From contig NIVC01000085.1 of assembly GCA_002269645.1 (NCBI GenBank), positions 558,001 through 622,000 on the forward strand: a DNA stretch of 64,000 nucleotides. Direction: 5' to 3'. The notes under the pieces are model-generated. The model had not been told where the DNA came from, did no database searches, and worked only from the letters and a program-made list of their open reading frames with translations. This DNA is from Macrostomum lignano (Eukaryota). Shown in pieces: positions 13,245 to 23,701 of this stretch (positions are counted from its first letter, which is position 1; each line of letters starts with the position of its first letter). Position numbers and translations under genes: made by a program.

Positions 13245-14145
13245 GGAACTCGTGCTCAGATTCTAATGACACTCGTGCTCAGATTCCAGTGAAACTCGTG
13301 CTCAGATTCCAATGGAACTCGAGCTCAGATTCCAATGAAACTCGAGCTCAGATTCCAATGAAACTCGAGCTCAGATTCCAATGAAACTCGAGCTCAGATT
13401 CCAATGGAACTCGAGCTCAGATTCCAATGAAACTCGAGCTCAGATTCCAATGGAACTCGAGCTCAGATTCCAATGGAACTCGAGCTCAGATTCCAATGAA
13501 ACTCGTGCTCAGATTCCAATGGAACTCGAGATCAGATTCCAATGGAACTCGTGCTCAGATTCCAATGAAACTCGTGCTCAGATTCAAATGGAAATCGTGC
13601 TCAAATTCCAATGAAACTCATGCTCAGATTCCCATGGAAGTCGTGCTAAGATTCCAGTGAAACTCGTGCTCAGATTCCAGTGAAACTCGTGCTCAGATTC
13701 CAATGAAACTCGTGCTCAGATTCCAATGAAACTCGTGCTCAGATTCCACTGAACTCGTGCTCAGATTCCACTGAACTTGTGCTCAGATTCCACTGAACTT
13801 GTGCTCAGATTCCACTGAACTTGTGCTCAGATTCCACTGAACTTGTGCTCAGATTCCACTGAACTTGTGCTCAGATTCCACTGAACTTGTGCTCAGATTC
13901 CACTGAACTTGTGCTCAGATTCCACTGAACTTGTGCTCAGATTCCACTGAACTTGTGCTCAGATTCCACTGAACTTGTGCTCAGATTCCACTGAACTTGT
14001 GCTCAGATTCCAGTGAAACTCGAGCTCAGATTCCAGTGAACTTAGTGCTCAGATTCCAGTGAAACTCGAGCTCAGATTCCAGTGAACTTAGTGCTCAGAT
14101 TCCAGTGAAACTCGTGCTCAGATTCCAGTGAACTTAGTGCTCAGT
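13245..14145. repeat. 22-23-bp minisatellite (CTCAGATTCCAATGAAACTCGTG / CTCAGATTCCACTGAACTTGTG)
   Basis: About 40 units in homogenised sub-blocks. Confidence 0.95.
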
Positions 14146-14886
14146 TATGCAGAGTTCGTTCAGCTTTAAAGCGAGACCGAGATCGCCAATTTCGGATTTG
14201 CTTTTCATTCCGAAATGATCGAGAATTCTGAGCCGACAGTCAGCTACCGCCGCTTATGAGGATCTTGGACAAGCTACTCTTTGGAAACTTACTGGGCTGG
14301 AGCCTGGAACGCCTGGGCCTTCCACGTTCCCCAAGCCAGTCTATCCATTGCTTTGGGTCAGGGGTGGGGCAGAGGTTCCGCTTTCCAATGTGCGTTTCGG
14401 CCCAACCTCTTGCGCTGTCTGCCCACCGCAAGTGTACGCGAACAAATTTCTGTGCCGGCTTCGTACGAGCGTCCGCTCGCTTCATCTCCCAGCCTTCCCT
14501 TATTAGAACCAGCGTTCGGTACTTCTGTAGCAGTCCGCCGCGGCTTTGTCCTGTCTTTGCGCCCCTCAGCCACTGCCTCTTCCTCTTATCTCAAGTACCG
14601 TGTTTGCTTGCTGCAGGGCCTCCCGTCTGCTTTTGCGAGTTCCGCTTTCTCTGTGGCCTGCGAGTCTCTGCCTGCCACTCCATCAGCAGACTGGCGAATT
14701 CATAATCATAACTGGCGATCGGTGAGTCCTGCTCTGCCCTGCTGCAGTCTGCTAGGCTGGCATTGGAGTGAGCTGTCAATTAGGCTTGCCATTTCTCACC
14801 GACCAAATCCTTTACTCTGAGTTCATAGACTGCATTTTGCTCGCCTCTCCCTCCTTCCCTTCTTTGTCTCTCGAGTTCCGTTTAAT

Positions 14887-15793
14887 CTGTGATCTGTCAC
14901 TCTGGGCTGGGACCTGAGTACTGTGATCTGTCACTCCGGGCTGGGACCTGAGCACTGTGATCTGTCACTCTGAGCTGGGACCTGAGCACTGTGATCTGTC
15001 ACTCTGAGCTGGGACCTGAGCACTGTGATCTGTCACTCTGAGCTGGGACCTGAGCACTGTGATCTGTCACTCTGAGCTGGGACCTGAGCACTGTGATCTG
15101 TCACTCTGAGCTGGGACCTGAGTACTGTGATCTGTCACTCCGGGCTGGGACCTGAGCACTGTGATCTGTCACTCTGAGCTGGGACCTGAGCACTGTGATC
15201 TGTCACTCTGAGCTGGGACCTGAGCACTGTGATCTGTCACTCTGAGCTGGGACCTGAGCACTGTGATCTGTCACTCTGAGCTGGGACCTGAGCACTGTGA
15301 TCTGTCACTCTGAGCTGGGACCTGAGCACTGTGATCTGTCACTCTGAGCTGAGACCTGAGCACTGTGATCTGTCACTCTGAGCTGGGACCTGAGCACTGT
15401 GATCTGTCACTCTGAGCTGGGACCTGAGTACTGTGATCTGTCACTCCGGGCTGGGACCTGAGCACTGTGATCTGTCACTCCGGGCTGGGACCTGAGCACT
15501 GTGATCTGTCACTCTGAGCTGGGACCTGAGCACTGTGATCTGTCACTCTGGGCTGGGACCTGAGCACTGTGATCTGTCACTCTGGGCTGGGACCTGAGCA
15601 CTGTGATCTGTCACTCTGAGCTGGGACCTGAGCACTGTGATCTGTCACTCTGAGCTGGGACCTGAGCACTGTGATCTGTCACTCTGAGCTGGGACCTGAG
15701 CACTGTGATCTGTCACTCTGAGCTGGGACCTGAGCACTGTGATCTGTCACTCTGAGCTGGGACCTGAGCACTGTGATCTGTCACTCTGAGCTG
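14887..15793. repeat. 34-bp minisatellite (CTGTGATCTGTCACTCTGAGCTGGGACCTGAGCA), about 26 copies
   Basis: Head-to-tail, nearly invariant. Confidence 0.97.
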
Positions 15794-15984
15794 GCATCGA
15801 CGTCTGCACAAACCTTTGAAACATCTGCCACTCTAGCTGACAGAGGCCGTGACTGACATCTGCCACTCTGACAGCAGCCAAAGATTTCAGGCAAGGTTTA
15901 TAGTCTCTTCAAAATTAATTAAAAAGTTTACCGCCACAAAGCTGTATTTCCGCTCCCTCCCATCTTTCTCCCTACCAGTGCCTC

Positions 15985-16420
15985 CCTCTTCTCCCCCAGT
16001 TTCTCCCTCTCCTCCCCCAGTTTCTCCCTCTCCTCCCCCAGTGTCTCCCTCTCCCCCCCAGTGTCTCCCTCTCCTCCCCCAGTGTCTCCCTCTCCTCCCC
16101 CAGTGTCTCCCTCTCCTCCCCCAGTGTCTACCTCTCCTCCCCCAGTGTCTCCCTCTCCTCCCCCAGTGTCTCCCTCTCCTCTCCCAGTGTCTCCCTCTCC
16201 TCTCCCAGCGTCTCCTGCTCCCCGATCCTCACTGTCTCCCCTCCTCTTTCTGCCTTCCTCTTCTATTTCTCCCTTCCTCCCATTTCACCCTCCCTCTCCT
16301 ATTTCTCCCTTCCTCCCATTTCACCCTCCCTCTCCTATTTCTCCCTTCCTCCCATTTCACCCTCCATCTCCTATTTCTCCCTTCCTCCCATTTCACCCTC
16401 CCTCTCCTATTTCTCCCCTC
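15985..16420. repeat. Pyrimidine-rich 21-bp and 36-bp tandem repeats upstream of the copy 2 acceptor
   Basis: CCCCAGTGTCTCCCTCTCCTC and CTATTTCTCCCTTCCTCCCATTTCACCCTCCCTCTC units. Confidence 0.9.
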
Positions 16421-16480
16421 CTCTTTCACCTTTTTCCTTTTCACACTTAACCTCTATCTTCGATACCCCTTTCCAGAACA

Positions 16481-19400
16481 ATGGACCAAAATCAAAGTCG
16501 CCATCAGCCCGTCCCCACCGACAACATCTCGCAAACTGCTCGACGCGCTGCAACCCAGGGGAATTTAAGCGACATCATTAAAGCCACTTTAAAAGCTGCA
16601 CGCAAAGGTCGCTTTGAAGACGCGAAGTTTCTCGTCCCACAAATCAATGACCAATCAAAGAGGGACACCTGCTGCATCAAAGCTGCCGGAAATGCTGCTG
16701 AATTTGGTCAATTTGAAATCGTTAAGTTTCTCGACCCACAAATCAATGACCAAGAAAAAAGGGGCACCTTCTGCATTAAAACTGCCGCGTATGCTTCAGT
16801 TTATGGTCACTTTGAAATCGTCGAGTTCCTCCTCTCACACATCAATGACCAACCAAACAGGGACACCTGCTGCATCAATGCTGCCGAAGTAGCTGCAAGA
16901 AATGGTCACTCTAAAATCGTCGAGTTTCTCGTCCCTCAAATCAATGACCAATCAAACAGGGACATCTGCTGCATCATAGCCGCTGAAGAAGCTTTTGAAA
17001 ATCGTCAAGGCCTCGAACAGCCTTATAGCTCTATTTACGAGTTTCCGATCATTAGATATTTTGACAATCGTCACTTTGAAGTCGTCAAATTTCTCGTTCC
17101 ACAAATCAGTGACCAATGTAAAAGAGACGCCTTCTGCGTCACAGCTGCAGAATATGCTGCTAAATATGGTCAAATTGAAATCGTCAAGTTTCTCGTCCCA
17201 CGAATCAGTAACCAATCAAACAGGGACACCTGCTGCATCAAAGCTGCAAACAGTGGTCACTTTGAAATCGTCAAGTTTCTCCTCTCACAAATCAGTGACC
17301 AATGTAAAAGAGACGCCTTCTGCGTCACAGCTGCAGAATATGCTGCTAAATATGGTCAAATTGAAATCGTCAAGTTTCTCGACCCACAAATCAATGACCA
17401 ATCAAACAGGGACACCTGCTGCATCAAAGCTGCCGAAAATGCTGCAGACAATGGTCACTTTGAAATCGTCAAGTTTCTCGTCTCACAAATCAATGACCAA
17501 TCAAACAAGGACACCTGCTGCATCAAAGCTGCCGAAAATGCTGCAGACAATGGTCACTTTGAAATCGTCAAGTTTCTCGTCTCACAAATCAATGACCAAT
17601 CAAACAGAGACACCTGCTGCATCAAAGCTGCCGAAAATGCTGCAAACAATGGTCACTTTGAAATCGTCAAGTTCCTCATCCCGTGTCTCTCAAGTCCCGA
17701 TCTAGAAGCGAATCTCCGTTTCCAATGCGCAGTCGCGGCTTGCTCTTGTCTTCGCGAAGATATAGTCGCCTTCCTCGGCCTCGAGCCCCAATGGCTTTTC
17801 CAATCCAACACTATCCTCAGCTTCACTGCTGCTATGGCCATCGAAGGCAGGAACTCCGTTTTCAACAAAACTCTCTCTCAAATACAGCCAGCTCAAATCA
17901 CACACCTGCTCCGTCTCTCTATCTCTCAAAGACACGTAGCTCTTGCCGCCACACTGCTCAATCATGAGCGATTCACCACACAGCATGTCGATCTCCCAGA
18001 CGACAACACCAGAGCCACCGCTCTCATGCTCGCAGCTGATGCAGGTCATCACGAACTCATTCACAAACTCATCGATCTTGGCGCCTCACTGCACGCTCAA
18101 GACACTCGCGGTCGCACTGCTCTCTCACGAGCCTGCCAAGCCGGTCACGTGCGAGCAGCGAAGATTCTCATCGACAATGAAGCCGATGCCAGCCATCGAG
18201 ACAGTCAGGGCCTCACGTGTGCGCAGCTCGCACAGCGATTTGAGCAGCGGCAGGTGCTGCGGCTGCTGAATCCCGCCGAGTCAGTTGCCATTACTTGCCA
18301 TTATTACCTCGTTACATTCTTACCCATACTTACCTCGCTTTCCTTCACGCATTCCAGAAACACACAGCACCCACAGCCAGGCGCTCATCGCCTCCATTCG
18401 TGAGTCTGACCACTTTCACTGCCCCTTTTTCTTCCTTGGGGGTTGCGCTTGGCCTACTCTGCAAATACCTCTCACCTCTCCACCCAGACTCTCAGACCAC
18501 TCCGAGCAAGACCGCCGTCTCAGCGGGGAGCTGCATCGGCTGCTCAGCGATGCGGGATTCACCGAGCAGAGAGCAGAGTGTCAGCAGAGACTGGCTGACT
18601 GGCTGAAAGGAGTCGCTCGAGTCCTCACACAGGATGGCAGGCGGATGACGGGCAGCTACGCAGAGGGCTGGGCCAACAGTCTGGTGCAAGTGAACGGCAG
18701 GACAGCTGCAGACTCGGACATTGACTGGACTGTGCTGTTTGCTGGACAAAAGTTCCATCTGGAAGGTGGCTGCGAAAAATATAAGGACTCCTGCAGAGAC
18801 GCCATTCCGCTGCAGGTCAATGAGGGCCACGCACAGGTGGCAGTGGGAGCAGGTCAGTGACGCTGGGCTCACCATCCAAGTCTAAAACTCAGTTCAATCT
18901 TTTATTCGATACGGAGTGCTTGAACTTTAGAGTTCACAAGTTCAACCGGAGTTTTAGTCCGTTCTGAAATGCTATCCAGCACTCATTTCGCTTTAATACA
19001 AATTCTTGCAATTGCACTGCCCCAGCATTTCGAAGGTTATAAAATAATTATTTAGGAATGCTATGCACATATAATATAAAGACTCTTAAATACGCCAGAC
19101 GTTAAATGCTGACATGAAAAAAGTCAAATCCATAATGCTAAGAATGGTATTTAACCATTAACTCAATTAGGCATTCAGCATTTTAACGAATACATTGCAT
19201 TATTTAATGATTGCAGTAGTAGCAGTGACACACGAGCAGAACAAACTCAACTAACACAGTCAAGCAGTTACAAAGAAACCCCTTTCTTCATTAGCTATAA
19301 AGTGACTCTCCGCTTACTGCGCTCTGCAGGCAACCAACCTGCAGTGACCGTCACGGCGTGCGGTGTGCGGCCTGCACAAGACACGTGCCATGCAATCAAG

Positions 19401-20777
19401 TGCTGCTTTGATAAAGTTCACCTCGTTCGGGCGACCAGACCGAACTCGACCAACGAGCTCAGAGTGAGCTTCAGTTTCCAAGAGAAACACATCATGAGAC
19501 GGCTGAGCACAGTCCAGGGCCAGCTGTTCACACTCATCAAGTTCATCTTCAAGAGACACTTGCCGCTCACTCTGGACACACCTGGACTCAAGACCTACCA
19601 TGCAAAGTCTCTGCTCTTCACAATGCTGGAGAAGCATGGCACAGATCCTGAAACTAGGGCTTGGCAGCCCCACAATCTGATCGCTCTGCTCAAAGAGTCT
19701 CTCGACATGATGCTGAGCTTCATCGACTCGAGCAGCTCGCCCGATGAGTGCATGCCGCACTTCTTCATGCCCGACGCTCCGCTCTACTTCAAGAACGCTG
19801 GAATCGGCGGCGACTTCGACAACACGAAGGCGAGGGTTCGAGACCGACTTTGTGAGCTGAGAAGCGACATCGGCGGAGTGGTCGAGCAGCTGAGGAGACT
19901 CGTGAGACCTCTGCAGTCAGAGAAGTTCTACTTTCACCCGTTCACTCTGCTGCCTCTGACAGCGCCGCCTGCTGTCACCGCAATCAGGGATGGAATTGAA
20001 AGCGATGAGTTTTACTACAAGTTCGCAGACGTGTACAGTGTGGTGCACCAGTGTGTGAGCGAGCTGCAGTCGGAATCGAGCGACAGAGACACCCTGATGA
20101 GGCAGCTCAGTCTCCTGAATCATCATCGGCTGCAGTGGTGCAAGTGCGCCGCCCTGTGCATGACCGCCATGGCGCATTTGAAGTTCAGAGAATCTGAGGA
20201 GGCTGAGAGACTCGCGATGGAGCTTCAGAGACATCAGGTTGAGTCAGGGTTAATGCTAAGGGAAATTCAAATGGTATATTTCCAAACTAAATTGCCGGAA
20301 GACTCAGACTGGGCGTGGAGGTTCTGCCTCCCCTGTGACTCTCCGCCTCGCTTCCCATTCCTTCCCAAGTTCACGCAGACTCTGTTCACAGCCAGACTGT
20401 CGCAGCCTCTCTCCTCCCACCTGTACGTGAACTTCCGCTGCCTGAGCTGGAGTCTCCAAGCTGAGCTGCTCCGCAATCGCGCACCTACAATCGCATTCGA
20501 TCATTGGATTGAACAGCTGCTTGGAGACCCGGACTTGGAGGAGCTGCTCACTCTGGCTCACTACAGCGACTGCCGCGAGCACGTGGAGCTCAGCCTGCAG
20601 CAGATGGAGATGATCGAGAAAGAGAGACGCGTCGTCATGGAGACGCAGGACGAGGAGAAGATCGGCTGGGTCAGGCAGAAGCTGGAGAGGCTGAAAAAGC
20701 TGACTGAGGTGCATGGATTCGAATCCGGAACCGGGACTCGATGCAGCAGCTCACAGTGCAGTCCCATTCATTTCTGA
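16481..20777 (+). CDS. Ankyrin-repeat + Mab-21/cGAS-like receptor (cGLR-like), copy 2, intact; exons 16481-18279, 18358-18399, 18488-18852, 19330-20777 (3654 nt, 1217 aa)
   Basis: The spliced length is divisible by 3 with no internal stop. Eleven 33-aa ANK-like repeats plus 3 canonical ANK repeats (TALMLAADAGH, RTALSRACQAGH). GSYAEG...DSDID at 18651-18725, third Asp at 19380, Mab-21 C-lobe motifs, then a helical tail. Confidence 0.9.
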
Positions 20778-21497
20778 GTTTGAGGACTCACAAAAAACTG
20801 CAAGATCATGCTGTTGCCATTGCCTAAACTGCTTCAGAAAAAACAGCTAATTTTTTTAATGTGCGTTTCTTTTGTTGAATTCATTAGAGCAAGTCATTTG
20901 TTAAATTCCTATTTCAGTTGTTTTCCAACTGTTTTTGATACCAAAATTTGTTTAAACTGTGTGTCTGCTTTCATGTGGGGCATTTTCCGTGTAAAACACA
21001 AAGAACTGCAAAATTAAGTTGCGATGGCTGAACTGCTCCAGAAGAAACAGCTCAGAGTTTTTAGGTGCAAATCGTAGGGTTTCCCTGGTTTTCTAATTTT
21101 TGTATTTGTACTTAAATTGATTTTGTCAAACTGCAAAATGTTTTAATAGCAAAGTTTCCGTTCAAACTGCGTGTCTGGAATTCAATACCCAATTATCAAT
21201 GATTTTCAATAAAAATTTTCAAGCTAATTGAACAGCTAGCAATATTCTGCATGAACCTGAGAAGTTCAAAAGTCTGCTGGGTCAGGGAGAAGCTGAGGAG
21301 TCTTGATGCACCAGAAGTTTGACTTTTGAGAAATTTCTAAAATGAGCAATTTGAGAAAATTCACTGTACGGTAAATACTTTTTGATAAAAATTTTGATGT
21401 TCTTTTATGGCCTAAAATTTCGTGTACATGCTCATGGAGTAGTAAAGCTTGCAGCTTGCAAATTGATTTCATCATGTGCTCATGTACTCGTACCTTG

Positions 21498-21730
21498 CAG
21501 TGACTGCCAGCCTGACAGCTCCCTCATGAACATTCAGTGACTGACAGCCTGACAGCTCCCTCATGAACATTCAGTGACTGACAGCCTGACAGCTCCCTCA
21601 TGAACATTCAGTGACTGACAGCCTGACAGCTCCCTCATGAACATTCAGTGACTGACAGCCTGACAGGTCCCTCATGAGCATTCATTGACTGACAGCCTGA
21701 CAGGTCCCTCATGAACATTCACTGACCGGA
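21498..21730. repeat. 37-bp minisatellite (CAGTGACTGACAGCCTGACAGCTCCCTCATGAACATT), about 6 copies
   Basis: Units at 21498, 21535 and onward. Confidence 0.93.
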
Positions 21731-23427
21731 CAGGCAGGTCGTGGCCCTATGCAGTCGCAATTCATTTTTCTGTCCGATCCAAGAGCTCCGCAAGCTGCTG
21801 ATGAACTCAAAACTGCGGCCATTTCAATATTGCCGTTCATATTTTATGCCTGCTGTGTGCCATAAACCAATTGCAGTGCGTCGGTTTCTAAATATAGAAT
21901 GATGCAACCTGCCACTCGCTCTCAGTGCCATTTTGACGCTCTTCAAGCGTGCCTTGAATGTCTTTGAAATACCAGCCATGAAACTGAAGTGAGCTACTTC
22001 TACTACTTAAGGTAAGTGGCCTCTTGCAGCTTTTGATTGCATAATTGATTCTGTACACAAAGATTTGAAGCTCTCTGCAATGAGCGAAACATTGAGGACG
22101 GTGAAAACTGGTGTTGTCATTCAGCCTGAAACTGCGCAGATCAAGCAGCCTTGCCCACCAAAAGCAGAGCCAAAGCAGAGCCAGCAAAAGGCCGCCACTC
22201 GAATCACTGAAAGCAGCATAGAAAATGTCTCGTGAGCTCACTTCTCCTGCAGGTCCCCCAGTGACCTCTCGGCGTGATGAAGGCAGTTCAGCTCCGCAAA
22301 ACCTTCGCCAGCTGCAGCTGCGCCCACACCGTCCAGGACAGGAGGCACAGCACAGTCAGGAAGTCTTTCAGGGGATGTGAGGGGCTGCAGAGTGAGCTGT
22401 GGAACACTGAGATAGACGCCAAGACAGACACTGCGACAGATACTAGGACAGGCACTAAGACAGACACTAGAACAGACACTAAAACGGACAGTAAGACAGA
22501 CTCTAAGGCAGATACTAGGACCGAAAATAAAACACACTAATATAAGAAAGACACAAAGGAAGACAACTGGGGTGACAAAATCCCCCGACCTCCATATCGC
22601 TACCATTGACAGCAAATACTAGAATTAGATACGCAAAGTGAGTTGGGCTATGAGCTTCTACATGTACATTACGATCAATAGAAAGTTTAGAAACAGATGC
22701 GTAAGAGAGAAGCTCTGCTTCTTAAAACAAATTTAAACTTTGGGCCACAGAATTCTGAGGTTTAAGCTGCAGTTCACAGTCACATATCGATCAATCATTC
22801 TTTATGGGCTTGTGAGCTGGGCCATAGACATAACAGACCGGTCAGTGCATTTTATTCGGAATGCTCGGCTATAAAAGTTCTACAGATCGAAGAGTTGGGC
22901 CACAGACAGTTGGTCTCTTATTCAAATGCGAGTTCTTTCCACTCTCTATGGTCACTTTGTCGACCCTGTATCGAGCTATGCCTCGACAGAACCGCGCTCT
23001 GAAATATCAAGCCTGAGCTTAAATAGGTTTGCCGTCTCTGATCTGTATCTTGAAATAAAAAGCTGGCTTGTCAAAAGCTGCGACATAGATTGAGCCACGC
23101 GCATCAAAATGTTCCATCAGTCAATCAACCAACCGGTCGCAAACACTGGAGGAGCGTCATTGTTACCATCTGTCGAAGGATCAGCACCTGATCTATTATA
23201 GGTACGTGACGGGTTCTTTAGACTTAGAGTGAAATTTACATATCTGGACTTGAAATTATTTCAAAAGTTTTTTTTTCTTGGAAAGGGGTAGCAAAACATA
23301 ACTGAACTGCAGAAGAATACGACCTTAATTAATAAGAAGATTGTACAGTAAGTACACCATTAAATCATTCCGAATGGCAGGCTGTGTCATTCATCCAACT
23401 GTAAATTTTGAATTGAACGATCTTGGA

Positions 23428-23701
23428 CAGGGGTCGACAAACTCTGGCCTGAGGGCCACATGCGGCCTGAGAAGCCTCTCTATCCGCCCTCGGGTCCTTT
23501 AAAACAATTCACAATAGCCATCTGGCCCGCTCAAGGTTTGTCTCTTCTCAGCTCTCTTCTCTCTAATCTCTTCTCCCTTCTCTTCCCTCCCTCTTCTCGT
23601 CTCTTCTCCTCTATTCCATCTACTCTCTCCCGTTTTCTGGCCCGCAGTCATTTGCTGGATTTTTATCTGGCCTATGTGGTAAAAAAGTTTTCTACCCCCT
23701 C
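23428..23701. mobile_element. Non-autonomous hAT (Charlie-like) MITE, degenerate
   Basis: The left end CAGGGGTCGACAAACT..GGCC..GGGCCACATGCGGCC and the right end AAGTTTTCTACCCCCT resemble hAT-MITE termini with GGCCCG subterminal motifs. No clean TSD. Confidence 0.5.

Noticed and set aside
14240-14820. GC-rich overlapping ORFs between the two receptor genes
   Set aside because: No recognisable motif or consistent splice structure. It could be a promoter or UTR, but the sequence alone does not support that.
8385-20777. Calling the genes cGAS, MB21D or mab-21 by symbol
   Set aside because: The motifs support family membership only; orthology cannot be established without phylogeny.
22253-22540. 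Short ORF ending in TDT(K/R) repeats
   Set aside because: There is an in-frame stop just upstream, no recognisable domain, and a degenerate 12-bp repeat explains the pattern.
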